DNA of 46,538 nucleotides. Origin: Fonticula-like sp. SCN 57-25 (taxonomy: Eukaryota). The DNA is taken from assembly GCA_001724245.1 (NCBI GenBank), contig MEDX01000018.1:1-46538 (forward strand), in the 5' to 3' direction. Positions 1 to 11,229 of this stretch are shown here, one piece after another (the stretch's first letter is position 1; each line of letters begins with the position of its first letter). Below the pieces are notes generated by a model. That model had not been told where the DNA came from, made no database searches, and was given only the letters and a program-made list of their open reading frames with translations. A program made the position numbers and the translations under genes.

Positions 1-2961
1 ACGAGTGACGCGTTACAAGTGGCGACCACGCTGCGACGGATTTCTTCAGGCCAGCCCCTGGACACGTCGCCACTATTTTTCTTGTGCCTCCCGCAAGATT
101 CTTTCGTTTCGGCCCAGCGCCACTGACTTCCTTTCAGCGAACCCATGGTTCCACAACTACATTTTTTCAAGCGAGCCCACGGCCCCGCTTCAACAACGAC
201 GAGTTTTCTCCCAGCGAGACGTAGCTCGCTGAACGAAGTTTTGTTGCCCTCGCACTAGCCTTCGTAGGTCACGCAAACTAGTACAGGGGCTCGTCAGGCT
301 CTGATGAATTGAATAGAATAGGCATTGTAGTATTTTCAGATGGCCCCGCGACCCAATGCAAGGCTTCGACGACAGAGGTCCTCGAAGCATGATCATTTAG
401 GGATTCGCTTGAAATGCAAGAAGTCAGTCCAATTCGTGCGCTATTTCGGTGCCAGAAGGCCGCGTAAACAGTTTTACTAGCGACTGAATCTTGAGGACAC
501 AGTGTCAGACAGGGTGACGACGATGCAGTGGCTCACCAAACAGTTTACCGGCACACGTAATTTAAAAAAACTCGGCAATTGGTGTGTTCTTGACTTGCTC
601 TAACAGCTCCGCTTGCATCATCATCGTTTCGCGCAAAAATTCCGAACGGTGCGCAATCACCGCGCTTGCACGGGCATCGCCTTTAAATGAAACCGCACAG
701 TGATTATTGTAATACACTCTCCAAATCTTTCGTCCATTTTGCCAGTCAGCACCGAGATGGCAAGCTATCTTCTAGTCTCGAGAGTCAAGCTCTGCCGGTT
801 CTGCAGATATTTGTGCGGTTCAGCGAGAGCAGTCAAGAACTCGCACCAGCCGAGGAGCGACGAGCGGAACGATCAAGCGCGTTGTTATCACATTCGTCCG
901 CTCACAGAAAGTGTCCTCATAAAGTGTCCATTCGCTGTTCCGAGTCGATGACATTTCTCTTCTGCTGCTGCTACGCTCGCAAGCCTATATTTTGCATCCA
1001 CGCGCCTCGGCGACTGGCCATTCCCGAATTTGTCGATCGATATAACTGCCATAGTGTCGATTTGCGAGTTCTCCGTTTCCTTTATATTGCTGTTAAAACA
1101 CGCGTCCGCTTCCCATCTATCCCTGACGACACATGCAGATAGCACAGCGACCGCCATACCGCACGGTGTTGCAGTGTTTTTTAGTGTCAGGAACCACCTC
1201 AACACATGCCGTGTTTTCCTTCACCGCACTCATCACTCCCGCAAGCGGTACTGCTCGACTCGTCTCGCTGCGAGCTCTCGAACGCATCCTAAACCATCAC
1301 TTACGACAAGTATTCGCGGAGATAAGAGCACCCGCTTCACACGATCATTGGAGTCACCGTCCGTTTCCTTCACGGTCGACCATCGATCTGCCCAAACGAC
1401 GTGTCATGGAATGTCCTCGCTAGCCGTATTCCACGCCAACCACGGACCACAAATCATCATTCACTAATCTGCGTTCAACCAAGCTGTCTTTCTGGACGGT
1501 TCCAATTAGTTACTCATTGACAGCAGCGTACCCACCCTTCTTGGATGGTGTGGTGCCCCCTTTCTCTAAATGTTGTTATATGTGCATACCGATACATATC
1601 TGTACGCTGTTTAAGCTTGATGTCGCTAGTTGGAAGTCTTTGAGAGAATGCCGTCGTTGATTTTTTCGCTCGGTGACGCCAACATGTATGGATGATATGT
1701 GGGCATAGCAGTAGGAGAAGAGTGCGTTTTTGAACGTGAACCGGATCTTTCAAAAACGATTCATGCATTGGTCGTCAGTTTCTACCGTGTGGTCTAGATA
1801 GGCGCACACATTGTTCAAGACAGTGTTGCATTGCGTCGGTCGACATCGTTATATCCACTGTTTTTCGGACTGAACGACAAACAAACAATGGTTGTTCGCT
1901 ACATATGACTATTTACCGTGAAATAGCGATAGTCGGTTCACTCAATTTGATCACGGCCTTCCGTAATTTCATGAAATAGTGTATAGTATTGGTGTCATAC
2001 ATCATTAAAATATTTGGCGTCGTACTCTCCATCACAACATACGTATGCATCCAGACTGTTTATAGGTGTTAATCGCAAGAGCTATAGTCGCTTCAGCGTC
2101 TTTCTTTAAATAACGGCATACACGCGTGAGAGATATTGCTAGACGTCATACGATCCTGATACTTCGTGAGGTATCATTCGTGTTATTGGTGCATCGTTGA
2201 CCGTTTAAACAAATACGTAAGCTATACACGTTTCGCACAGCAATGAGGCTCCATCAATGCAAAATCATGACATTGTCCAAGTGCAACTATCATAGGAACT
2301 CGTTGGATATGTCATACGGTACGGCCGTACACTGGTTTCGCAGCGAGTTGTACGGTCATTGCTACCGCGCAAGGTGAAGGGGCAAGATGAAGGGCCACGT
2401 CCGGAATGCGAAAGAAAGTTGTTAATGAACATAAACATAACAACGGCGAAGGCGTGTGCTAACCTTTTTTATATTAGAAACAGTAACTCATTACATTTAT
2501 GACTGTTGCTACATTGAATGCACACTGTCTAGTCATGAGCGAATGCCCCAAGACGAAACGCTGACATCATCATAACATCGTTTGACACCCTTCGAAGCAT
2601 CGACTGTGATAAGCATTCACGCGAAGGTCGTCCGACTAGTTACGTCCAGTGAGTCGCCAAGGTCACGAATGTGAAAGTATTGAGTGAGTTATGGACAAGG
2701 CAGAGTCCTAGAGGGCGCAATCGTGACGGTGGCGGCGGGCAGTCAGCCCCTGTGGGGGACAGCCTGCCCCTGTCACGTCCTTGCGCTCCCTCCTTTAAAG
2801 CCCCCTCTCTCTCCTCTCTCCTTTCTCCTTTCTCCTGCGGCAGGAGTCAAGCCTTACAGTGAGGGAGCGACACTTTGAAGTCATCTTGTAGAAGAGGTTA
2901 AATAGCTGGCAGCAACTCTTTGGTTTTGGTGTCATTCCTTTTCCACTCTTCGTTGGTGGCT

Positions 2962-4483
2962 ATGAAGCGTCTGGTCCTCATCTCTGTCGCAGTGTTCTGC
3001 GCTGCGTTTGCGCTCGTAGGGCACGCGCAGAATTATCAAGATCCCTTGGCAGATCCCTACCTCTATGTTCCCGGAAACGATTCAGCGCTGCTTTCTCAAT
3101 GGACCAACATCATGTTTGATCGCATCCGTGGGAACGACTGTACCCCGCCTTCCGCAGGTACGAATTCCTCGCTCTCCCACATTCTCTTTACCAACCTTTG
3201 CTTTCTAGCTCGGAATCTTATGATGCTTCACGTTGCTGGACTTGATGCGGCGATTGCTTCACGTCGTCGTTTCGGTTCTAATGTTCTTGCGTCTCGCGTT
3301 GCCGTTGCCTCAGCCATGCGCACCGTTGTGTCACATCTCTACCAAGACACGCAAGCATCCGTGGACCATGTGTTTCACTACCTGATTCAACACTTGATCC
3401 CCTGCCAGATGCTCGATGACGCTATTGAGGTGGGATACGAGGCCGCCATGGACCTTATTGCGCGCCGACTTCGAGACGGGTCTAACCGTTTCTACTACTA
3501 TACCCCCAAGAACGAGACCTGCGATTATTGGTCTCCCACCAGCGGAAAGCCGTTCTGGGGCGTGCAGTTTGCCGTGGCCAAGCCCTACTCTATGACGCAG
3601 CATGCCCAGTTCCGCGAGGCAGATTTCCCGCGCGCGGGATCCGAGGCGTTTGCAGAGGATCTTCATCAAGTCCGCGAGTACGGTGCAAAGGTTCGTGAAC
3701 CCATCTCTGTTGTTCCTCCACTCAATGAATGTATCTTTAGACGGGCTCGATTCGTACCGAAGACGAATCTGAGATTGCGGTGTACTGGGCCGATGGGCCG
3801 ACGACCTTCACCCCTGCTGGTCATTGGAACGCAATCACACTCGATGTTCTCTCCCGGTCGCAGTTTGACAACCTCACACTCCTCGAGAGGAGCCGTGTGC
3901 TCGCGCTTGTCAACATTGCTATGTTTGACGCCTCCGTCTCAGCGTGGGACATGAAGCTTTACTATGACCGCTGGAGGCCTGTTGACGCAATTCGCTACGG
4001 CGGTTCACGTTGTCCCGGAAGCGGCCTTGTGGACGACCCCGAGTGGGAGTCTTTTGTTTATACCCCAGACTTCCCCGACTATGTCAGCGGCCACAGCACA
4101 TTCTCGGCTGCCGCTGCTTCCGTCCTGCAAAACGTCTTGTGCAGTGACAACGTACGAAGCACTGGGTGGGCGCTTGCCACTACTAACAGCTGTTCCTCTC
4201 TTTTTAGTTTACCTTTAGTATTCCCAGCGAGGTGGACAGCACCAAGTCTCGCACGTATTCTTCGTTCTCAGAGGCGGCGAATGAGGCGAGTTGGAGTCGC
4301 ATTCTGGGAGGTATTCACTTTGAGAGCGCCAGTGCGCACGGTCGCGCCGCGGGCAAGAACGTGGGCGAGTACGTCGTTGCTACCGAGTACACCGATGTCA
4401 CAGCCAATACGGATGCCTGCAACTTGCATTTCAACGCTCCAAACTTTGTTGTTTCATTCTGTCCCAACCCCGCAGAGGAGTAG
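2962..4483 (+). CDS. Secreted vanadium-dependent haloperoxidase-like (PAP2 superfamily) protein, 4 exons
   Basis: Signal peptide MKRLVLISVAVFCAAFALVGHA. Introns at 3158-3208, 3691-3740 and 4152-4207 (all GT-AG; the last has a TACTAAC branch site). The spliced product has TPPSAARNL, YWADGPTTFTPAGHWN and the three vanadate/phosphate-binding motifs KLYYDRWRP, PDYVSGH and SRILGGIHF. Confidence 0.85.
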
Positions 4484-4726
4484 GCTCCTTTTCCAACGCG
4501 CAGCGAGGCGAACGGGCGTATAGCCTGCTTTGCAATTTTTAGCTTTGTATAGTATTTGCAGTATCGCTATCTGCGACACAAGTCTGAATGAACCCAGGTA
4601 CTGTTTAATTATACCGTACTATATTATAAGTGAATCGATGAAAATATATTGAAAAAGCTGTGCGCTTAATACTGGATATTAACAGGCACGCGGGCTAATC
4701 CCACAGTGCGAATCAACACTGCACGC

Positions 4727-7700
4727 CTATGCGGAAAGGTCCACAATGTAAGTCACGAGGTCAATCGGCCGGAGAGTCACGACCACATCGGTTCCGGGCG
4801 GTGACGCCGGTCCGACAGCGTTAAGCAGGGTCAGAGTGTGCTGCTGGACAGTGCCCAAAGCCCAGGGGTCACTGAGGATGTCCTGCAAGGTAACACTGAC
4901 GGGCTGGGAAAGCTCGCTGTCGGCGCCCGTTTCGAACGGGTTGAGAAGGCGAAGCACGACCTGATCAGAGTATGTGTTGCGCGGGCTGAACGAGACGATA
5001 TGCACATTCTCGGGGAGATCCGCCTTGATCGGGCTCAGCGTGGGGTTCAGAATCGGCGTAGTGTCCAGGCCGTAGACAGCGCCGATAGGGAAGTTGAGCG
5101 CGTTGGAATGGCGAACATGGAGGCGAGCGGCCTTTGAGTTTTCTGACACAAGCAGCTTGAAATAGCCGGTGTACACACTGGTATCATCCAGGGGCTCGCT
5201 CATGCCGCGCGCGTCATCGCGAGAGCAGCGGCGATGAAGCATCAGCTCGAGCGTGCCTTCAAAGAGGGACGCAGCACCGTGCGTGCTCTGCGAAGCAACA
5301 GCCACAGTGAAGCCGTCGGCAGACTCGTCGCGAATAAGGGCGCGCGAGACAGCAGGGTAGTAGTTTCCACCGATGACAACACCACGATCAGCATCATCCG
5401 GGCGGCCTTCGGGCAGGTTAACGCGGCGCTGCATCTCGAGGCCGTTGTCATCAGTGTAAAAGACATCGCCGTTGTCAATAGAAGTGGTGAAGCGAGTGAT
5501 AATCTCGTTGTCAGGCGAGAGGGGACCGATCATCGGAATGATCTCCACAGCAGAACCTTCAAGCTCATCGAGACCATGATAAATGCGAATAACCTGGGAG
5601 ACAACACCCGGCACGATTTCCTGCCGCACTTCGGTGACAATGCTGTTGTTCAAAATTTGGAATGAGCCCACGGACCCATCGCCGAGAACCACAGCATCTC
5701 CCTTGGGGCGAAGGATGTACGCGCCAGAAGTCTGACCACCAGTATATGACGTATACTTGAGGAACTCCTGCTTGATATTCACCGGAGTGTTGTTGGAAAG
5801 CAGAGTAATGCTCTCGAGCATCAAGGTATCATCGTTGAAGACAAGCTGAACATATTCGTTCGCAATGGATTCGACGCGAAGCATGGTCTCGGCGATAGGA
5901 ACCAAGCGGTCGCCATGTGCAAGCGCCTTGGCCGGAGTAATCAGATATGTCACATAGCCAAGGCCAGGGAAGGTATCACGCAGGTAGAGTGTCGAGCCTG
6001 AGAAGTCGGTCTCAATAATGAGCGCGGCGTCAGCATCGGCGCCCGTAGCAGCCACCTTGACGGAGACGGAAAATTGGTCACCGAGCGGGATGCTCGCCAC
6101 AGTCTTGCGAGTCCACCCAAGCGGGTTCTGAAGAACAAGGTAAACAGAGCGGCCAGCGGCCAGCTCAGACTGCATGCGCTCGTTGTCGGCAAAGAAAGTG
6201 TCGCCGCCTTCCATGTTGGTCACAAAGGTGCTAAGCATGTCCGCAACAAGCTGACCACCAACCTCAAGACCCTTGTCAATGCGAATATTGTAATCATCAC
6301 CCACGATCTCACGGTGAGTGCCGGTGGTGCCATCGTGGTGCTGAATAACGCTCTCGACGGCACGAAGGCCAAAGAGCTCATCAAAATAGTTGGCAGTATC
6401 CATAGAGTACCGCGCGCGGGCCAACGAGTGAAGCGAATCCGCGGCGCGCAGAAGGCTATGCGCAGTACGCGACTTTGACTTGAGGTTGGGGCGCGACGTA
6501 AAGTAGCCGGTCCAATAGCTCATACGGTTGTCGGCATAGGGGAAAAAGTCCTTTGTAATAGTCTTGCCAGCTGACGCGGGGATCGAGCGGACATGAGCAG
6601 TGTAGTCGGACAGCGTCGAATACCTAGCGGTCGCGTTCAGCTCTTCGCTGTACATGTTGACGGCATCGATCAAGCGATCCTAAAACAAACCGTCAGTACT
6701 TTTAACTAGTCTCGGCTACGAGCAGATACCATGTTCTTAAACATCATGTTGGCGTTCTGGAAAGTGAAATCGCAGCCAAACGGAATAAGGATGTTGTTGG
6801 TCTTGTACGACTTGGCACGGCGGTAGGCTTCGGTGACAAACTCCTGAGCGCGCTCAAAGGCGTTCGACTTGGTCATCTCGCTCGGCGGATCGAAAACGAT
6901 CGGCGGCGGACCGTCACCATAAGGCAGGTTCTGCGTCACACCATGCTCCCAGTTGAAGCCGGTCGGAGTGCAGTAGTGCTCGTCCATCCTAACAAAACAC
7001 GATGAGTGTCTATATACCACAAGCGCAGGCTGCGTCGTACATGTGACTCCACATGGTGTTGCGATCGCCGAGCGATGGCGAGCCCTGCCAAGTAAACTCA
7101 AGGTCCCCTGCAAGCTTCATGGCATCCTGCAAAAACGGACGTAAGAAAGAGAACAGCAACGCGGTAAAGATACGCGCCTTCTCGCGGTAGTCGATGCGGT
7201 TCGTAATGAACGCGTCAAATCCAGTCAGGTTAAAAAGAACGGCCATAGCACCAGAATGGCCGAACGGGTCGATATGCCAGCCAATCGACGGCTTGCCGGC
7301 ATCGTCGAACGTTTCCTGGAGGAACTCGTGACCCAGCGTCATCTGGTCGATGAACTGGTAGTACGTGGGAACCGCCTCGTCGTTCATGCACCAACCGCCG
7401 TTCACAAACTCCAGCTGACCGGCCTGAACAAGCCCGCGCACCTGAGCCTGCTTCTCGGCCGTCTGTTCGCGCCACCAACGAGTGAAAAAAGCCCTACATC
7501 GGACTGTGAGTCTCTCTTCCGTCCCTCACCCCCTGAATACGGTGCCGTACATTTCGACTTCAATGAACTTGCGGTTCGGGTTCGCCGCAAGCGAGTCAAC
7601 AACGCTGTCCAAAATGTACTGAACTTCATACTGCAAATGGTAGTGAGTAACAACACTTTGTGCATGGCTGGGATCGTACAATGTAGTACTCATCAATAGT

Positions 7701-7886
7701 ACGGAGCCATCCAGTGTCGTCGTGAGAGTGAGCCTTCGAGTAGCCAAGTAAGCAAAGCGTGTTTAGGCTCAGTCAGGGACACCGTACCACCAGCCAAATA
7801 TTGAGCTTGTCGTCGGACTGGGCGACCGCGACACCGCTTAGCAGTGCAACGAGGCACGCCAGCGCCACGCCCCGCATTTTGCCCAT
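4727..7886 (-). CDS. MAN2B1: Lysosomal-type alpha-mannosidase (GH38), 7 exons
   Basis: Signal peptide (start at 7886 or 7877). Spliced motifs: AHSHDDTGWL (Zn ligands), LEFVNGGW, WHIDPFGHS (nucleophile), DFFPYAD, YWTGYFTSRP, QHHDGTTGT, FYTDDNG, GNYYP and LELMLHRR. Six introns, one of them GC-AG (7127-7177). Confidence 0.92.
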
Positions 7887-7994
7887 GAGACCGGAAAGCG
7901 AACTGACCTGCAAACAATGATTTTGGCACAATTTGTGAAAGTGCGTGGGCCAATCACCGTCGGGCACCGATTACAGTCATCGTGACTTTGAACC

Positions 7995-10046
7995 ATGCAG
8001 GCGGCTGGGCAGGATGACGAGGTCGTCGCCGAGCTCGACGTTGTTCTTTCAAAACAGCTGAAGGAGCATATCATGCTGCTTCAGTTTCCGCTTCGCCCAA
8101 AGGAGAAGCCTTATGACCAGGCTCACTCGAATGGTCCGACAGCAGCTCGTTTCAAAGCGCGTGCGCAGCTGCTCGAGCTGGAGGTACCGCTCGACACGGC
8201 AGCCCCCACCTACGATTCGGTAAAGGGCCACGAGATCGGCGCCACCCATACCTCGCTACCGCCGCTTCCTTTTGGGACGGCGCCTTCATCCACTGGCCAG
8301 CCAGGCGCCAGCTCTTCTACCCCTGCCGCGGGTGGGCCTATGCGGTCGCACGTTCTAGCATCAACAGTCGTCCCGGCCAAGACGCACTACGCCGTTGGCG
8401 TTGTCCGCGATGGCCGACTCCATCTAACGCCCATCAAGTCAGTGCTGCAAATGCGCCCTAGTGTTCGACACATGGATGCTCTGACCGCACCGGCAAAGGC
8501 GACAGATTCCGATGAGAGCGATGAGGAGGGCAAGGACGAGGGCGAAGATGAGCCACGCGAAGTCCAAGTGCAGTTCAAACGACGCGAGTCTGAAAAAGCG
8601 CAGGCTGCTCGCAAGAAAAGCCACGCATACTTGCAAAAGCAGGTGAACGACGAGCCCTGGGTATACCTGCAGTACATTGATCAAGCAGTACGCGACGTTT
8701 CATCTTTTCTCGCACTGTTTAACACCGCGACTGCTTCGCAGACCGACCAAGCTAATCAAATTTTTGGATTGCTCTTTGCTGAGCAGCGCGAGCCCGTCAA
8801 CTTGCATTCGACGCCACACGACTTTTTGACGTCAATTGTCCCTCCGTCGAATGATCGCATGCTCAAGGGCGGCGCATCTGTCTCACCCTTTGCCCTTCTC
8901 TCCTTGCACGATCTTCGCCAGCGCCCGCTCGAGGAGCAGCTGCGCAGCATTCTACTTAATGCACGCACCGTTCGTCATAGCTCTTTCCGTACAATGCTCC
9001 CGTCGGTTTCCGACGAAGAAATGCTTCCAATCCTCGAGCGCCTTGCTTTGCTTGTTCAGGGTGTGTGGATCGTTAACAGCGATCTTTTGCACGCTGGTCG
9101 TATTGCGACAGCTCGTGATTACCTGCTCTGCCTTTTCTCTAGCGATCCGCTTGTTCGGTACGGCGACTTTTCGTCAGTCGCTGCTCTTGCGGACGAAACT
9201 GTGAGGCAACTCTTGCAAGATGTCGCAGTTTTCAGCGAGGCTGAGCACGGGTGGAGGATTCGAATCCCGGCCGATTTAGACTTTATGGCGCAGTATCCCG
9301 ACGTAGTGCAGCGGCAACAGGAGCTTATTCGCGGCATGTTTGTCCAGCTTCCGCGGCGCCTGGCAGAAACAAGGAGCGGTTCCAAAGGCGGTCTAGGGGA
9401 AGGTGCACCGGCTCCCGTGCTGGCGTCCGCATCTGCGACTGGTCTCGCAGCCGCGTCCGCTGCAGCCGCGCAGAAGCGCAGAGAGCGGGAGGCGACTGCG
9501 CAGCAGCCTGTGCCGGCCCTGGTACCCAACCTCAAGCTGGAGGATATCGCCGCTTCGTCGTCTGGGTTGCCTCATCTTGCTGCTTTGCGCGGCAAGACGT
9601 CGGAGGAGCAGATCCTTTCGCTTTTATCTCTGCTCTTTGGGCGCTTTGGTGTGCTTTCATGGGATACAGTTGAGCAGCAAGTGGCGCTTCGCGCCGCCGC
9701 CGTTGATGTGTCTGACAACCTGGTCGCAAAAGAATCGGGCATGCCGTCAGCAGAGCGCCTTCGCGAGCTGCTCCTCAGCATTGCTCTCCCGCTTCAGGAT
9801 GTTTTCGTGCTCAAGTCGCTGAGGTCGCCGCAGCTGGACGAAGTTCGCGACCTCGCAATTGAACTCTTTCGGGCAAGGCGTGAAATCAAAAAGGCCGATC
9901 TACAGATACTCGTCAAGGAGCGACTCGACAGGCAGCTTCAGCAAGCCGCGTATCAGAAAGTCATGAAGGAGCTGGCCTTTAGCCGCGGAAACCAATGGGC
10001 GCTCAAGTCTGGAGACCTTTCGCAGCAGCTGCAGTTCGATCAATAA
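7995..10046 (+). CDS. POLR3E: RNA polymerase III subunit RPC5 (Sin-like/POLR3E)
   Basis: N-terminal DDEVVAELDVVLS...LLQFPLRP, HYAVGVVRDGRLHLTPIKSVLQMRP, EPWV and LVQGVWIV, plus a C-terminal winged-helix-like region ending NQWALK. Probable in-frame intron at 8688-8741 (GTACGC...CGCAG, 54 nt). Confidence 0.88.
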   Translation: MQAAGQDDEVVAELDVVLSKQLKEHIMLLQFPLRPKEKPYDQAHSNGPTAARFKARAQLLELEVPLDTAAPTYDSVKGHEIGATHTSLPPLPFGTAPSSTGQPGASSSTPAAGGPMRSHVLASTVVPAKTHYAVGVVRDGRLHLTPIKSVLQMRPSVRHMDALTAPAKATDSDESDEEGKDEGEDEPREVQVQFKRRESEKAQAARKKSHAYLQKQVNDEPWVYLQYIDQAVRDVSSFLALFNTATASQTDQANQIFGLLFAEQREPVNLHSTPHDFLTSIVPPSNDRMLKGGASVSPFALLSLHDLRQRPLEEQLRSILLNARTVRHSSFRTMLPSVSDEEMLPILERLALLVQGVWIVNSDLLHAGRIATARDYLLCLFSSDPLVRYGDFSSVAALADETVRQLLQDVAVFSEAEHGWRIRIPADLDFMAQYPDVVQRQQELIRGMFVQLPRRLAETRSGSKGGLGEGAPAPVLASASATGLAAASAAAAQKRREREATAQQPVPALVPNLKLEDIAASSSGLPHLAALRGKTSEEQILSLLSLLFGRFGVLSWDTVEQQVALRAAAVDVSDNLVAKESGMPSAERLRELLLSIALPLQDVFVLKSLRSPQLDEVRDLAIELFRARREIKKADLQILVKERLDRQLQQAAYQKVMKELAFSRGNQWALKSGDLSQQLQFDQ

Positions 10047-10312
10047 TTGTATCAATACCATGGTCAAAATATAATTCACCAATTAATGAAGCAAATTCCC
10101 ATAATTATTCATTCGCACAATGACTCAGGATGTGTGAGCACAATGTTACAATAATAACAGGATCGAGGAAAGTGGAAAGCAAAGAGATAAATCCCAAAAC
10201 AATCCATTGAGCTAAGGAAAAATGTTAAACGGAGGCCAACTAGGCAAACGACAATTGCTTGAACAAAATGAAAATACACGACAAAGAAATGAAAATGAAC
10301 GAGTCGAGCATT

Positions 10313-10887
10313 TTATTGCGAAGCCATGGGGGCACCGGGGGCGCCGAGCTTGCCCTTCTTGGTCTTCTTCGCGAGGAGGTTCTTGTGGATGTGGGGGATC
10401 ACACCACCACCGGCGATGGTGGCGTTAATGAGCTCATCAAGCTCCTGATCACCACGAATGGCAAGCTGCAAGTGGCGCGGCGTGATACGCTTGAGGTGGA
10501 GATCCTTGGCGGCGTTGCCGGCAAGCTCGAGCACCTCAGCCGTGAGGTACTCGAGGATGGACGCAACGTACACGGCCGCATTGCAGCTGACGCGGAAGTT
10601 GTTGATCGCGCGCATCTTAAGGAAGCGGTGCACACGGCTCACAGGGAACTGATATGGGTAAGCAACAGCCCCAACAACAGCACCGGTGTGCGGTTAGCAA
10701 ACGTTGGACGGAATCGGGGGTGATGGCGGGAAACGTACCTGGAGACCAGCGCGCGCAGAGCGGGACTGCGCCTTGGCGCGGGAAGCCGTCTTGTTCTTGG
10801 CACCGCCCTCATGCTTCTCACCAGTCTTACCACCAGCCTACAAAGCGAGTGAGCAGCGCCGTACGTCGTAGAATCACCGCGCACCAT
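10313..10887 (-). CDS. H2AZ: Histone H2A.Z (divergent), 3 coding exons
   Basis: The first coding exon is the ATG alone. The protein reads MAGGKTG...[17 protein letters not shown]...[15 protein letters not shown]...[36 protein letters not shown]. The [18 protein letters not shown] signature is diagnostic of H2A.Z. Confidence 0.93.
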
Positions 10888-11124
10888 GGTTCACAAACGT
10901 AACCGAAAGGGTTCTCACAAGTATTGCAACGTACACACCTACGTCATCCACCCAACCCAACGAGCCGCCACGACAATGAAGTGGAGCAAAAGGAAGCATA
11001 GTAAGTAAGTGCGGATGGCAGAGCAGGGCGCTGCGTACAAGGATGGTGTACGCGAAGGGAGATGCGGATGGATGCTCGTCCGTTGCTAGGTCGGATGCAA
11101 GCAGGCAGGGGATGTCCGTTGGGT

Positions 11125-11229
11125 TCGCGCCAAACTGACAACAACAAACTAACCAATCAGACGCATTTGCCGATATTTTCTAACGGATTCTCGCGCCAAA
11201 ATCATACGATGACGTCGACGATGACGTCA
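11125..11229. promoter_or_regulatory. Putative H2A.Z promoter module: two E2F-type sites, a CCAAT box and a CRE
   Basis: TCGCGCCAAA (reverse TTTGGCGCGA) at 11125-11134 and 11191-11200, CCAAT at 11153-11157, TGACGTCG at 11210-11217 and TGACGTCA at 11222-11229, all upstream of the H2A.Z start. Confidence 0.5.

Noticed and set aside
10259-10723. Plus-strand 154-aa ORF opposite H2A.Z, and similar antisense ORFs opposite M43, IDE and the mannosidase
   Set aside because: These are shadow frames produced by strong GC3 codon bias and contain no recognisable motifs.
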